Below are positions 1 to 12,608 of a DNA stretch of 64,000 nucleotides, piece after piece. The stretch lies in assembly GCF_003018115.1 (NCBI RefSeq), contig NZ_CP027457.1; one strand, 5' to 3'. The DNA comes from Escherichia coli (lineage in GTDB: Bacteria; Pseudomonadota; Gammaproteobacteria; Enterobacterales; Enterobacteriaceae). A model generated the notes under the pieces. It saw nothing but the letters and a program-made list of their open reading frames with translations, was not told the DNA's origin and searched no databases. Position 1 is the stretch's first letter, and each line of letters starts with the position of its first letter. The position numbers and the translations under genes are program-made.

Positions 1-1
1 A

Positions 2-691
2 ACCATCACCGTGATGCCGAAAACGCCTAACGAAGCACAGATGGAAACCTTGCTGAATACTGTTGGTTTTATCGGCGCACAGACGGGCTTCCCGGCGATT
101 AATCTGACGGTGACCGATGATGGCAGCACCATTCAGGGCAAAGATGCCGACATCATGATCATCGGTGGTATCCCGGACAAACTGAAAGACGATAAGCAGA
201 TCGACCTATTGGTGCAGGCGACCGAAAGCTGGGTGAAAACACCGATGCGCCAGACCCCGTTCCCCGGCATTGTGCCGGACGAGAGCGATCGCGCGGCAGA
301 AACCCAGTCAACGCTGACCTCTTCCGGTGCGATGGCGGCGGTGATTGGCTTCCAGTCGCCATATAACGACCAGCGCAGCGTGATTGCGCTGCTGGCAGAT
401 AGCCCACGCGGTTATGAAATGCTTAACGATGCGGTGAACGATAGCGGCAAACGCGCCACCATGTTCGGTTCGGTCGCGGTGATCCGCGAGTCCGGTATCA
501 ACAGCCTACGTGTTGGCGACGTTTATTACGTAGGTCATCTGCCGTGGTTCGAGCGCTTGTGGTATGCGCTGGCAAACCATCCGATTCTGCTGGCGGTGCT
601 GGCGGCTATCAGTGTGATATTGCTGGCATGGGTACTGTGGCGTCTGCTGCGAATTATTAGTCGTCGTCGTCTTAACCCGGATAACGAGTAA
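2..691 (+). CDS. bcsB: Cellulose synthase periplasmic subunit BcsB, C-terminal part (5' end lies upstream of window)
   Basis: ORF 11..691 is in frame from the window edge; C-terminal hydrophobic anchor and ...RRRLNPDNE end; followed by bcsZ and bcsC as in the bcs operon. Identity by recall, not search. Confidence 0.8.
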   Translation, partial: TITVMPKTPNEAQMETLLNTVGFIGAQTGFPAINLTVTDDGSTIQGKDADIMIIGGIPDKLKDDKQIDLLVQATESWVKTPMRQTPFPGIVPDESDRAAETQSTLTSSGAMAAVIGFQSPYNDQRSVIALLADSPRGYEMLNDAVNDSGKRATMFGSVAVIRESGINSLRVGDVYYVGHLPWFERLWYALANHPILLAVLAAISVILLAWVLWRLLRIISRRRLNPDNE

Positions 692-697
692 TTGAAG

Positions 698-1804
698 ATG
701 AATGTGTTGCGTAGTGGACTCGTGACGATGCTGCTGTTGGCTGCCTTTAGTGTTCAGGCAGCCTGTACCTGGCCTGCCTGGGAGCAGTTTAAAAAGGATT
801 ACATCAGTCAGGAAGGGCGCGTCATCGACCCCAGCGACGCGCGCAAAATCACCACCTCTGAAGGGCAAAGTTACGGCATGTTCTTTGCCCTGGCGGCTAA
901 CGACCGTGCAGCTTTCGATAATATTCTCGACTGGACGCAGAACAATCTTGCTCAGGGTTCTTTAAAAGAACGTTTGCCCGCCTGGCTGTGGGGCAAGAAA
1001 GAGAACAGTAAGTGGGAAGTGCTGGACAGCAATTCGGCCTCCGATGGTGATGTCTGGATGGCCTGGTCGTTGTTGGAGGCGGGTCGTTTGTGGAAAGAGC
1101 AGCGTTATACCGACATCGGCAGCGCGTTGCTAAAACGTATTGCGCGGGAGGAAGTGGTGACGGTGCCTGGGCTGGGTTCCATGTTGTTACCGGGCAAAGT
1201 GGGTTTTGCTGAGGATAACAGCTGGCGTTTTAACCCCAGCTACCTGCCGCCGACGCTGGCGCAGTATTTCACCCGCTTTGGCGCGCCGTGGACTACGCTG
1301 CGCGAAACCAATCAACGTTTATTGCTGGAAACCGCCCCGAAAGGCTTTTCGCCAGACTGGGTGCGTTATGAGAAAGACAAAGGCTGGCAGCTAAAAGCCG
1401 AAAAAACATTGATCAGCAGCTACGACGCCATCCGCGTTTACATGTGGGTAGGCATGATGCCTGACAGCGATCCGCAGAAAGCGCGGATGCTCAACCGGTT
1501 TAAACCGATGGCGACATTCACTGAGAAAAACGGTTATCCGCCGGAAAAAGTGGATGTGGCTACGGGGAAAGCGCAGGGTAAAGGACCGGTCGGTTTTTCT
1601 GCCGCCATGCTGCCCTTTTTACAAAACCGCGATGCGCAGGCCGTTCAGCGCCAGCGCGTGGCCGATAACTTTCCCGGCAGCGATGCCTATTACAACTATG
1701 TGCTGACCCTGTTCGGACAAGGCTGGGATCAACACCGTTTCCGCTTCTCGACAAAAGGTGAGTTATTACCTGACTGGGGCCAGGAATGCGCAAATTCACA
1801 CTAA
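698..1804 (+). CDS. bcsZ: Endo-1,4-beta-glucanase (cellulase, GH8) BcsZ
   Basis: ORF 692..1804; signal peptide then mature protein matching recalled K-12 BcsZ; start probably the second Met (MNVLRSG). 3' end overlaps bcsC start. Confidence 0.9.
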   Translation: MNVLRSGLVTMLLLAAFSVQAACTWPAWEQFKKDYISQEGRVIDPSDARKITTSEGQSYGMFFALAANDRAAFDNILDWTQNNLAQGSLKERLPAWLWGKKENSKWEVLDSNSASDGDVWMAWSLLEAGRLWKEQRYTDIGSALLKRIAREEVVTVPGLGSMLLPGKVGFAEDNSWRFNPSYLPPTLAQYFTRFGAPWTTLRETNQRLLLETAPKGFSPDWVRYEKDKGWQLKAEKTLISSYDAIRVYMWVGMMPDSDPQKARMLNRFKPMATFTEKNGYPPEKVDVATGKAQGKGPVGFSAAMLPFLQNRDAQAVQRQRVADNFPGSDAYYNYVLTLFGQGWDQHRFRFSTKGELLPDWGQECANSH

Positions 1805-4800
1805 ACATATTCACGCTTTCCCTCGGTCTGGCCGTCATGCCGATGGTCGAGGCAGCACCAACCGCTCAGCAACAGTTGCTGGAGCAAGTTCGGTTAGGCG
1901 AAGCGACCCATCGTGAAGACCTGGTACAGCAGTCGTTATATCGGCTGGAACTTATTGATCCGAATAACCCGGACGTCGTTGCCGCCCGTTTCCGTTCTTT
2001 GTTACGTCAGGGCGATATTGATGGCGCGCAAAAACAGCTCGATCGGCTGTCGCAGTTAGCGCCGAGTTCAAATGCGTATAAATCGTCGCGGACTACGATG
2101 CTACTTTCCACGCCGGATGGTCGTCAGGCACTGCAACAGGCAAGATTGCAGGCGACTACCGGTCATGCGGAAGAAGCTGTGGCGAGTTACAACAAGCTGT
2201 TCAACGGTGCGCCGCCGGAAGGTGACATTGCTGTCGAGTACTGGAGTACGGTGGCGAAAATTCCGGCTCGCCGTGGCGAAGCGATTAATCAGTTAAAACG
2301 CATCAATGCGGATGCACCGGGCAATACGGGCCTGCAAAACAATCTGGCGCTATTGCTGTTTAGTAGCGATCGCCGTGACGAAGGTTTTGCCGTCCTGGAA
2401 CAGATGGCAAAATCGAACGCCGGGCGCGAAGGGGCCTCTAAAATCTGGTACGGGCAGATTAAAGACATGCCCGTCAGTGATGCCAGTGTGTCGGCGCTGA
2501 AAAAATATCTCTCGATCTTTAGTGATGGCGATAGCGTGGCGGCTGTGCAATCGCAACTGGCAGAACAGCAAAAACAGCTGGCCGATCCTGCTTTCCGCGC
2601 TCGTGCGCAAGGTTTAGCGGCGGTGGACTCTGGTATGGCGGGTAAAGCCATTCCCGAACTACAACAGGCGGTGCGGGCGAACCCGAAAGACAGTGAAGCT
2701 CTGGGGGCGCTGGGCCAGGCGTATTCTCAGAAAGGCGATCGCGCCAATGCAGTGGCGAATCTGGAAAAAGCCCTCGCACTGGACCCGCACAGCAGCAACA
2801 ACGACAAATGGAACAGTCTGCTGAAAGTAAACCGCTACTGGCTGGCGATCCAGCAGGGCGATGCTGCGCTGAAAGCCAATAATCCTGACCGGGCAGAACG
2901 CCTGTTCCAGCAGGCGCGTAATGTCGATAACACCGACAGTTATGCAGTGCTGGGGCTGGGCGATGTGGCGATGGCGCGAAAAGATTATCCCGCCGCCGAA
3001 CGTTATTATCAGCAGACCTTGCGTATGGACAGCGGCAACACTAACGCCGTGCGCGGGCTGGCAAATATTTACCGCCAGCAATCGCCAGAAAAAGCTGAAG
3101 CGTTTATCGCCTCGCTCTCTGCCAGTCAGCGGCGTAGCATTGATGATATCGAACGCAGCCTGCAAAACGACCGTCTGGCACAGCAGGCAGAAGCACTGGA
3201 AAACCAGGGCAAATGGGCGCAGGCGGCAGCACTTCAGCGGCAACGACTGGCGCTGGACCCCGGCAGCGTATGGATTACTTACCGACTTTCGCAGGATCTC
3301 TGGCAGGCCGGACAACGCAGCCAGGCCGATACGTTAATGCGCAATCTGGCGCAGCAGAAGCCGAACGACCCGGAGCAGGTTTACGCTTACGGGCTGTACC
3401 TCTCTGGTCATGACCAGGACAGAGCGGCGCTGGCGCATATCAACAGCCTGCCGCGTGCGCAGTGGAGCAGCAATATTCAGGAGCTGGTTAATCGACTGCA
3501 AAGCGATCAGGTGCTGGAAACCGCTAATCGCCTGCGAGAAAGCGGCAAAGAAGCTGAAGCGGAAGCGATGCTGCGTCAGCAACCACCTTCCACGCGTATT
3601 GACCTCACGCTGGCTGACTGGGCGCAGCAGCGACGTGATTACACCGCCGCCCGCGCTGCATATCAGAATGTCCTGACGCGGGAGCCAACTAACGCCGATG
3701 CCATTCTGGGGTTGACGGAAGTGGATATTGCTGCCGGTGACACAGCAGCGGCACGTAGCCAGCTGGCGAAACTGCCCGCTACCGATAACGCCTCGCTGAA
3801 CACACAGCGGCGCGTGGCGCTGGCGCAGGCGCAGCTTGGCGATACCGCAGCGGCGCAGCAGACGTTTAATAAGTTGATCCCGCAGGCAAAATCTCAGCCA
3901 CCGTCGATGGAAAGCGCGATGGTGCTGCGCGACGGTGCGAAGTTTGAAGCGCAGGCGGGCGATCCAAAGCAGGCGCTGGAAACCTACAAAGACGCCATGG
4001 TCGCATCCGGTGTGACTACGACGCGTCCGCAGGATAACGACACCTTTACCCGACTGACCCGTAACGACGAGAAAGATGACTGGCTGAAACGCGGCGTGCG
4101 CAGCGATGCGGCGGACCTCTATCGCCAGCAGGATCTTAACGTCACCCTCGAGCATGATTACTGGGGTTCGAGCGGCACCGGTGGTTACTCCGATCTGAAA
4201 GCGCACACTACCATGTTGCAGGTGGATGCGCCGTATTCTGACGGGCGGATGTTCTTTCGCAGTGATTTCGTCAATATGAACGTCGGCAGTTTCTCCACGA
4301 ATGCCGATGGTAAATGGGATGACAACTGGGGCACCTGTACATTACAGGACTGTAGCGGCAACCGCAGCCAGTCGGATTCCGGTGCCAGCGTGGCGGTCGG
4401 CTGGCGAAATGACGTCTGGAGCTGGGATATCGGCACCACGCCGATGGGCTTCAACGTGGTGGATGTGGTCGGCGGCATCAGTTACAGCGATGATATCGGG
4501 CCGCTGGGTTACACCGTTAACGCCCACCGTCGTCCCATCTCCAGTTCTTTGCTGGCCTTTGGTGGGCAAAAAGACTCCCCGAGCAATACCGGGAAAAAAT
4601 GGGGCGGCGTGCGTGCCGACGGCGTGGGGCTAAGCCTGAGCTACGATAAAGGTGAAGCAAACGGCGTCTGGGCATCGCTTAGTGGCGACCAGTTAACCGG
4701 TAAAAATGTCGAAGATAACTGGCGCGTGCGCTGGATGACGGGCTATTACTATAAGGTCATTAACCAGAACAATCGCCGCGTCACAATCGGCCTGAACAAC

Positions 4801-5259
4801 ATGATCTGGCATTACGACAAAGATCTGAGTGGCTACTCACTCGGTCAGGGCGGTTACTACAGTCCGCAGGAATACCTGTCGTTTGCCATACCGGTGATGT
4901 GGCGGGAGCGCACGGAAAACTGGTCGTGGGAGCTGGGGGCGTCTGGCTCGTGGTCGCATTCACGCACCAAAACCATGCCGCGTTATCCGCTGATGAATCT
5001 GATCCCGACCGACTGGCAGGAAGAAGCTGCGCGGCAATCCAACGATGGCGGCAGCAGTCAGGGCTTCGGCTACACGGCGCGGGCATTACTTGAACGACGT
5101 GTTACTTCCAACTGGTTTGTTGGCACGGCAATTGATATCCAGCAGGCGAAAGATTACGCGCCCAGCCATTTCCTGCTCTACGTACGTTATTCCGCCGCCG
5201 GATGGCAGGGTGACATGGATTTACCGCCGCAGCCGCTGATACCTTACGCCGACTGGTAA
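1786..5259 (+). CDS. bcsC: Cellulose synthase outer-membrane/TPR subunit BcsC
   Basis: 1157-aa ORF; signal peptide, long TPR-like Ala/Leu-rich repeat region, C-terminal beta-barrel-like Gly/Tyr/Trp-rich domain; overlaps bcsZ stop by 19 nt. Confidence 0.92.
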   Translation: MRKFTLNIFTLSLGLAVMPMVEAAPTAQQQLLEQVRLGEATHREDLVQQSLYRLELIDPNNPDVVAARFRSLLRQGDIDGAQKQLDRLSQLAPSSNAYKSSRTTMLLSTPDGRQALQQARLQATTGHAEEAVASYNKLFNGAPPEGDIAVEYWSTVAKIPARRGEAINQLKRINADAPGNTGLQNNLALLLFSSDRRDEGFAVLEQMAKSNAGREGASKIWYGQIKDMPVSDASVSALKKYLSIFSDGDSVAAVQSQLAEQQKQLADPAFRARAQGLAAVDSGMAGKAIPELQQAVRANPKDSEALGALGQAYSQKGDRANAVANLEKALALDPHSSNNDKWNSLLKVNRYWLAIQQGDAALKANNPDRAERLFQQARNVDNTDSYAVLGLGDVAMARKDYPAAERYYQQTLRMDSGNTNAVRGLANIYRQQSPEKAEAFIASLSASQRRSIDDIERSLQNDRLAQQAEALENQGKWAQAAALQRQRLALDPGSVWITYRLSQDLWQAGQRSQADTLMRNLAQQKPNDPEQVYAYGLYLSGHDQDRAALAHINSLPRAQWSSNIQELVNRLQSDQVLETANRLRESGKEAEAEAMLRQQPPSTRIDLTLADWAQQRRDYTAARAAYQNVLTREPTNADAILGLTEVDIAAGDTAAARSQLAKLPATDNASLNTQRRVALAQAQLGDTAAAQQTFNKLIPQAKSQPPSMESAMVLRDGAKFEAQAGDPKQALETYKDAMVASGVTTTRPQDNDTFTRLTRNDEKDDWLKRGVRSDAADLYRQQDLNVTLEHDYWGSSGTGGYSDLKAHTTMLQVDAPYSDGRMFFRSDFVNMNVGSFSTNADGKWDDNWGTCTLQDCSGNRSQSDSGASVAVGWRNDVWSWDIGTTPMGFNVVDVVGGISYSDDIGPLGYTVNAHRRPISSSLLAFGGQKDSPSNTGKKWGGVRADGVGLSLSYDKGEANGVWASLSGDQLTGKNVEDNWRVRWMTGYYYKVINQNNRRVTIGLNNMIWHYDKDLSGYSLGQGGYYSPQEYLSFAIPVMWRERTENWSWELGASGSWSHSRTKTMPRYPLMNLIPTDWQEEAARQSNDGGSSQGFGYTARALLERRVTSNWFVGTAIDIQQAKDYAPSHFLLYVRYSAAGWQGDMDLPPQPLIPYADW

Positions 5260-5340
5260 GTTTTCAGATAGCGCCTCTCTTAATGCCGCTGCGATCGGGT
5301 ATACTCGGGCGGCAATCTGGGATTTCCGGGGGGAGACAAT

Positions 5341-7329
5341 TTGCGCGTAAGTCGCTCGTTAACAATCAAGCAGATGGCAATGGTGGCAGCCGTTGTCCTG
5401 GTGTTCGTTTTTATTTTTTGCACCGTTTTGCTGTTCCATCTGGTCCAGCAGAATCGCTATAACACGGCTACGCAACTGGAAAGCATTGCTCGCTCTGTCC
5501 GCGAACCCTTATCTTCAGCTATTTTGAAAGGCGATATTCCCGAAGCGGAAGCTATTCTTGCCAGCATTAAACCGGCAGGCGTGGTCAGCCGTGCCGATGT
5601 AGTGCTGCCCAACCAGTTCCAGGCGCTGCGTAAAAGTTTTATTCCAGAGCGCCCGGTGCCGGTAATGGTTACTCGCCTGTTTGAGCTACCGGTTCAAATC
5701 TCGCTGGGCGTTTACTCGCTCGAACGTCCGGCAAATCCGCAGCCAATTGCCTATCTGGTGCTACAGGCGGATTCCTTCCGTATGTATAAGTTCGTGATGA
5801 GCACCCTCTCAACGTTAGTGACCATTTACTTACTTTTGTCGTTAATATTGACGGTGGCGATTAGCTGGTGCATTAACCGCCTGATTTTGCATCCGTTACG
5901 CAATATTGCTCGCGAACTTAACGCCATCCCAGCCCAGGAGCTTGTTGGTCACCAACTGGCATTACCGCGTCTGCATCAGGATGATGAAATCGGTATGTTG
6001 GTGCGCAGTTACAACCTCAACCAGCAATTGCTGCAGCGCCATTATGAAGAACAGAACGAAAATGCGATGCGCTTCCCAGTGTCGGATTTGCCGAACAAAG
6101 CCTTGCTGATGGAGATGCTGGAGCAGGTTGTCGCGCGTAAACAAACCACCGCGCTGATGATCATCACCTGTGAAACCCTGCGTGATACTGCGGGTGTGCT
6201 GAAAGAGGCGCAACGAGAAATTCTGCTGCTGACGCTGGTGGAAAAACTCAAATCGGTACTGTCGCCACGTATGATCCTCGCGCAGATTAGCGGTTATGAC
6301 TTTGCTGTCATTGCCAATGGTGTACAGGAACCGTGGCACGCAATCACCTTAGGTCAGCAAGTGCTCACTATCATGAGCGAGCGCCTGCCGATTGAACGTA
6401 TTCAACTCCGTCCGCACTGTAGCATTGGCGTGGCGATGTTCTACGGCGATCTCACCGCCGAACAGCTTTACAGTCGCGCTATTTCTGCGGCATTTACCGC
6501 TCGCCATAAAGGCAAGAATCAGATTCAGTTCTTTGATCCGCAGCAGATGGAAGCCGCCCAGAAGCGGTTGACGGAAGAGAGCGATATCCTTAATGCACTG
6601 GAAAATCATCAGTTTGCTATTTGGTTACAGCCACAGGTCGAGATGACCAGCGGTAAACTGGTCAGTGCGGAAGTGTTACTGCGTATCCAGCAACCGGATG
6701 GCAGTTGGGACCTGCCGGATGGCTTAATCGAGCGCATTGAGTGCTGTGGGCTGATGGTTACCGTCGGTCACTGGGTGCTGGAAGAGTCCTGTCGATTGCT
6801 TGCAGCCTGGCAAGAGCGCGGCATTATGCTGCCCTTGTCGGTAAACCTCTCTGCGCTGCAACTGATGCACCCGAATATGGTGGCGGATATGCTGGAACTG
6901 TTAACCCGCTATCGCATTCAGCCGGGAACACTGATTCTGGAAGTGACAGAAAGCCGACGTATTGACGACCCTCATGCTGCGGTGGCAATCCTCCGTCCGC
7001 TGCGCAATGCTGGAGTTCGGGTGGCGCTGGATGATTTCGGCATGGGCTACGCAGGGCTGCGTCAGCTGCAGCATATGAAATCGTTGCCAATCGACGTTCT
7101 GAAAATCGACAAAATGTTTGTTGAAGGCTTGCCGGAAGATAGCAGCATGATTGCTGCAATTATCATGCTGGCGCAGAGCCTGAACTTACAAATGATTGCC
7201 GAAGGCGTGGAGACTGAAGCACAACGCGACTGGCTGGCAAAAGCGGGCGTTGGTATTGCCCAGGGCTTCCTTTTTGCTCGTCCACTCCCTATTGAAATCT
7301 TCGAAGAGAGTTACCTGGAAGAAAAGTAG
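5341..7329 (+). CDS. pdeK: c-di-GMP phosphodiesterase PdeK (YhjK/HmsP-like; TM-HAMP-degenerate GGDEF-EAL)
   Basis: 662-aa ORF with N-terminal TM segments and C-terminal EAL domain motifs (EVTE, DDFG(M)GYAG, KIDK); apparent TTG start codon. Confidence 0.88.
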   Translation: MRVSRSLTIKQMAMVAAVVLVFVFIFCTVLLFHLVQQNRYNTATQLESIARSVREPLSSAILKGDIPEAEAILASIKPAGVVSRADVVLPNQFQALRKSFIPERPVPVMVTRLFELPVQISLGVYSLERPANPQPIAYLVLQADSFRMYKFVMSTLSTLVTIYLLLSLILTVAISWCINRLILHPLRNIARELNAIPAQELVGHQLALPRLHQDDEIGMLVRSYNLNQQLLQRHYEEQNENAMRFPVSDLPNKALLMEMLEQVVARKQTTALMIITCETLRDTAGVLKEAQREILLLTLVEKLKSVLSPRMILAQISGYDFAVIANGVQEPWHAITLGQQVLTIMSERLPIERIQLRPHCSIGVAMFYGDLTAEQLYSRAISAAFTARHKGKNQIQFFDPQQMEAAQKRLTEESDILNALENHQFAIWLQPQVEMTSGKLVSAEVLLRIQQPDGSWDLPDGLIERIECCGLMVTVGHWVLEESCRLLAAWQERGIMLPLSVNLSALQLMHPNMVADMLELLTRYRIQPGTLILEVTESRRIDDPHAAVAILRPLRNAGVRVALDDFGMGYAGLRQLQHMKSLPIDVLKIDKMFVEGLPEDSSMIAAIIMLAQSLNLQMIAEGVETEAQRDWLAKAGVGIAQGFLFARPLPIEIFEESYLEEK

Positions 7330-7361
7330 CTACCCCAAACTGATTACAAAACTTTAAAAAG

Positions 7362-7396
7362 TGCTGGTTTGTGCGAGCCAGCTCAAACTTTTTAAC
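7362..7396 (+). terminator. Putative stem-loop terminator after pdeK
   Basis: Imperfect inverted repeat (gctggtttgtgcgagccagc) followed by a T-rich run. Confidence 0.4.
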
Positions 7397-7475
7397 CTTT
7401 TTGTTTCAATTATGATCCAGGTACATTTCTGTGATGTTGTCTGGGTGTTATTTTAAGGCCGCAGGTACCCCATAA

Positions 7476-8798
<1,323 letters not shown>

Positions 8799-8812
8799 TC
8801 TCATCACTTATG

Positions 8813-8845
8813 CCCGCACTCCCTTCCCCGAGTGCGGGTGTTTGC
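8813..8845 (+). terminator. Rho-independent terminator of dctA
   Basis: GC-rich inverted repeat cccgcactc...gagtgcggg followed by tgtttg. Confidence 0.6.
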
Positions 8846-9018
8846 GCATAATTGACCCCTGTGCCTGAACTTACCACCTGGGTGAGTTCAGGTTTATTTC
8901 ACTTCTTCCGTGACATTTTCATGTTCTTGCGGTCTAACACGAAGTGTTTTTAACGTCATTTAGACTGACCGACAACGGGCAGTTTTTTTATTACCAGGAT
9001 AGTTGATCAGGGGTTCAC

Positions 9019-10515
9019 ATGCAGGGCACAAAAATTCGACTTTTAGCGGGCGGTTTGCTGATGATGGCCACTGCTGGCTATGTGCAGGCAGATGCGCTCC
9101 AGCCTGATCCAGCATGGCAACAGGGGACGCTTTCCAACGGTTTACAGTGGCAAGTGCTGACCACCCCCCAGCGTCCCAGCGATCGTGTTGAAATTCGCCT
9201 GCTGGTTAATACCGGTTCGCTCGCCGAAAGTACACAACAGAGCGGTTACAGTCACGCCATCCCTCGTATTGCGCTAACGCAAAGCGGTGGCCTTGACGCA
9301 GCACAGGCGCGTTCATTGTGGCAGCAGGGGATCGACCCTAAACGCCCGATGCCGCCGGTAATTGTCTCTTATGACACCACGCTGTTTAATCTGAGTTTGC
9401 CCAATAACCGTAACGATTTGCTGAAAGAAGCGCTCTCTTATCTGGCAAATGCCACTGGCAAATTGGCCATCACACCAGAAACCATCAACCACGCGCTGCA
9501 AAGTCAGGACATGGTGGCAACTTGGCCTGCCGATACTAAAGAGGGCTGGTGGCGCTATCGTCTGAAAGGGTCAACCTTGTTAGGTCACGATCCTGCCGAT
9601 CCGCTGAAACAACCCGTTGAAGCGGAAAAAATTAAAGATTTCTATCAGAAATGGTACACCCCGGATGCAATGACGCTACTGGTGGTGGGAAACGTGGATG
9701 CGCGCTCGGTTGTCGACCAAATAAACAAAACGTTTGGCGAACTGAAAGGCAAACGTGAAACGCCAGCTCCGGTGCCGACGCTTTCTCCGCTGCGTGCGGA
9801 AGCGGTGAGTATTATGACTGACGCGGTGCGTCAGGACCGGTTATCTATCATGTGGGATACGCCGTGGCAGCCGATTCGTGAATCAGCCGCACTGCTGCGC
9901 TACTGGCGTGCGGACCTGGCCCGCGAGGCGCTGTTCTGGCATGTTCAGCAAGCGTTAAGCGCCAGTAACAGCAAAGACATCGGTCTTGGATTTGACTGCC
10001 GTGTGCTGTATCTGCGTGCGCAGTGTGCCATCAACATCGAATCACCAAACGACAAGCTGAACAGCAACCTTAATCTGGTGGCGCGTGAACTGGCGAAGGT
10101 TCGCGATAAAGGTCTGCCGGAAGAAGAGTTCAATGCGTTAGTGGCGCAAAAGAAACTGGAGCTGCAGAAACTGTTTGCCGCCTATGCACGGGCTGATACC
10201 GATATTCTGATGGGCCAGCGGATGCGTTCGTTGCAAAATCAGGTCGTCGATATCGCGCCGGAGCAGTATCAGAAACTGCGGCAGGATTTCCTTAACAGCC
10301 TGACTGTGGAGATGTTAAATCAGGATCTGCGTCAGCAGTTGTCGAATGATATGGCGTTAATACTGCTGCAGCCGAAAGGCGAGCCGGAATTTAACATGAA
10401 AGCGTTGCAGGCGGCCTGGGATCAAATCATGGCCCCATCTACCGCCGCTGCGACCACCTCTGTCGCCACGGATGACGTACATCCTGAAGTGACGGATATT
10501 CCACCTGCACAGTAA
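9019..10515 (+). CDS. yhjJ: Periplasmic M16-family (insulinase-like) zinc protease homolog YhjJ
   Basis: 498-aa ORF with signal peptide; position between dctA and kdgK as in K-12. Confidence 0.88.
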   Translation: MQGTKIRLLAGGLLMMATAGYVQADALQPDPAWQQGTLSNGLQWQVLTTPQRPSDRVEIRLLVNTGSLAESTQQSGYSHAIPRIALTQSGGLDAAQARSLWQQGIDPKRPMPPVIVSYDTTLFNLSLPNNRNDLLKEALSYLANATGKLAITPETINHALQSQDMVATWPADTKEGWWRYRLKGSTLLGHDPADPLKQPVEAEKIKDFYQKWYTPDAMTLLVVGNVDARSVVDQINKTFGELKGKRETPAPVPTLSPLRAEAVSIMTDAVRQDRLSIMWDTPWQPIRESAALLRYWRADLAREALFWHVQQALSASNSKDIGLGFDCRVLYLRAQCAINIESPNDKLNSNLNLVARELAKVRDKGLPEEEFNALVAQKKLELQKLFAAYARADTDILMGQRMRSLQNQVVDIAPEQYQKLRQDFLNSLTVEMLNQDLRQQLSNDMALILLQPKGEPEFNMKALQAAWDQIMAPSTAAATTSVATDDVHPEVTDIPPAQ

Positions 10516-10610
10516 TGCCTGATGGTGATGAGTTAGCACAACCATCAGGTATTTATGGATGAGCTGGATAGAGGGGTAACACTTTATCCAGCCTTTTGCA
10601 TATGCTGCGT

Positions 10611-11540
10611 TTACGCTGGCATCGCCTCACGCGGGATAATCGCGCCGCGATACTGAATAACGGTACTTGCGGTCAGGTGCCCGCGTTTCGCCGCGTTTTC
10701 CGCACTGCCGCCCGTCAAACGTACCGCCAGATAACCGGCGCTGAAAGAGTCGCCAGCTGCGGTGGTATCGATCACTTTTTCTTTCGGCAGTTTCACCGCC
10801 GGAACATCAACTAACGCTTCACCAGCAATGGACACCAGGCAAGAATCCGCCCCGCGTTTCACCACCACTTCTTTCACGCCCGCGTTATGGGTGCGCGCAA
10901 TGACGTCTTCCACCGGCTGTTGACCCCACAGCGCGTCTTCGTCGTCCAGCGTCAGGAAGGCGATATCCGTGCATTCCAGCATTTGCTGGTACACCTGCTG
11001 TGTCTCTTCTTTGCTGGCCCACAGGCGCGGACGATAGTTATTGTCGAAAATCACTTTTCCGCCTTTGGCGCGGCATTCGCGCAGCAGGGAAAGCAGCTTT
11101 TCGCGGCTGGTCGGGCTTAAGATCGCCAGGCTAATCCCGCTCAGGTAGAGATAATCGAAATTCGCCAGCTCTTCGCAAATCGCCGCAGACTGCTCGCTCT
11201 CCAGCCAGAATTTGGCGGCGGCTTCGTTCCGCCAGTAGTAGAACGTACGCTCGCCGGTGCTGTCGGTTTCAATGTAGTAAAGGCCCGGCAGACGGTTTTC
11301 CATCCGTTGGGTCAGGGAAGTATCAACGTTCTCGCCGTGCCAGGCGTCCAGCATTTGCTGGCTAAAACTGTCCGTTCCCAGCGCCGTTACGTAATGAACG
11401 GTTAATGCCGCAGGATCGACCTGACGGGCGATATAGACGGAAGTGTTCAGGGTATCGCCGCCGAAACCGCGCTTAACGTCCGCGCCTTTCTCGGAAAGCT
11501 CAATCATGCATTCGCCAATCACGGCAATCTTTTTGGACAT
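10611..11540 (-). CDS. kdgK: 2-dehydro-3-deoxygluconokinase KdgK
   Basis: ORF track gives 425 aa (10611..11888) but the PfkB-family kinase begins at internal MSKKIAVIGECMIEL (Met117), giving 309 aa; the N-terminal extension is spurious. Confidence 0.92.
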   Translation of the reverse strand: MSKKIAVIGECMIELSEKGADVKRGFGGDTLNTSVYIARQVDPAALTVHYVTALGTDSFSQQMLDAWHGENVDTSLTQRMENRLPGLYYIETDSTGERTFYYWRNEAAAKFWLESEQSAAICEELANFDYLYLSGISLAILSPTSREKLLSLLRECRAKGGKVIFDNNYRPRLWASKEETQQVYQQMLECTDIAFLTLDDEDALWGQQPVEDVIARTHNAGVKEVVVKRGADSCLVSIAGEALVDVPAVKLPKEKVIDTTAAGDSFSAGYLAVRLTGGSAENAAKRGHLTASTVIQYRGAIIPREAMPA

Positions 11541-11771
11541 AGTCGTGAACCTGATCTGTAAAAAATTAGCGTTAGTTTGCGCTGTGGTGGTTTGCTGGTC
11601 AACCATATTAAAACAGTGTTCCATTATTTTTTTGAGCCAGAACGTATTCCTGAAAGATTCCGTTGTGGAGTGAGGAAATTTACCCCGGCCAGGCGGTAAA
11701 GTTCTGCCCTTGCGCGCCGATAATCTTTGTCGAGTCCGGGCAGCATCACTTTTAAACACAGGACATCTTTG

Positions 11772-12539
11772 ATGATAAGGCAGGTTATCCAGCGAATAAG
11801 CAACCCTGAAGCAAGCATCGAGAGCTTGCAGGAACGGCGTTTTTGGTTGCAGTGTGAGCGTGCTTACACCTGGCAGCCGATCTATCAAACATGCGGACGG
11901 TTAATGGCCGTGGAGCTATTAACGGTGGTCACGCATCCCTTGAACCCTTCGCAACGCCTGCCGCCGGATCGCTATTTTACTGAAATCACCGTCAGCCATC
12001 GGATGGAGGTTGTGAAAGAGCAGATTGATTTGCTGGCGCAAAAAGCCGACTTCTTTGTAGAGCACGACCTGCTGGCATCGGTCAATATTGATGGCCCTAC
12101 GCTCATCGCCCTGCGTCAGCAACCAAAAATCCTGCGCCAGATTGAGCGTCTTCCCTGGCTGCGTTTCGAACTGGTGGAGCATATCCGTCTGCCGAAAGAT
12201 TCAACCTTTGCCTCGATGTGTGAATTTGGCCCGCTGTGGCTGGATGATTTTGGTACCGGGATGGCAAATTTCTCTGCACTAAGTGAAGTGCGTTATGACT
12301 ACATCAAAATCGCGCGAGAACTGTTTGTGATGCTGCGTCAGTCGCCGGAAGGCCGCACACTCTTTTCTCAGCTTTTACATCTAATGAATCGCTATTGTCG
12401 CGGGGTGATTGTCGAGGGCGTAGAAACGCCGGAAGAGTGGCGTGATGTTCAGAACTCGCCCGCATTCGCCGCACAAGGCTGGTTTCTTTCACGCCCGGCA
12501 CCGATAGAAACGCTGAATACGGCGGTTCTGGCGCTATAA
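11772..12539 (+). CDS. pdeH: EAL-domain c-di-GMP phosphodiesterase PdeH (YhjH)
   Basis: ORF 11727..12539; protein from internal Met (MIRQVIQRISNPEAS) matches recalled 255-aa PdeH; EAL motifs (ELLTVV, DDFGTG). Confidence 0.9.
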   Translation: MIRQVIQRISNPEASIESLQERRFWLQCERAYTWQPIYQTCGRLMAVELLTVVTHPLNPSQRLPPDRYFTEITVSHRMEVVKEQIDLLAQKADFFVEHDLLASVNIDGPTLIALRQQPKILRQIERLPWLRFELVEHIRLPKDSTFASMCEFGPLWLDDFGTGMANFSALSEVRYDYIKIARELFVMLRQSPEGRTLFSQLLHLMNRYCRGVIVEGVETPEEWRDVQNSPAFAAQGWFLSRPAPIETLNTAVLAL

Positions 12540-12608
12540 GCTGCCTCATTTTCCGCCTGGCTGGACTATCTTTAGGACTGGCACAGGAAGAATATGAGGA
12601 AGCGAACG

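Noticed and set aside
3334-4206. 290-aa minus-strand ORF (and a 218-aa ORF at 2659..3315) inside bcsC
   Set aside because: Antisense to a well-supported 1157-aa coding region; GC-rich open frames of this kind are expected by chance and the proteins are low-complexity and Arg-rich.
10611-11888. Long N-terminal extensions of track ORFs (kdgK 425 aa, gadA 487 aa, slp 243 aa, chuV 307 aa, gadE 201 aa, yhjC 323 aa, rlmJ 297 aa, prlC 693 aa, rsmJ 285 aa)
   Set aside because: The conserved protein begins at an internal start with better context and expected length; the upstream parts lie in promoter or intergenic DNA or in the preceding gene.
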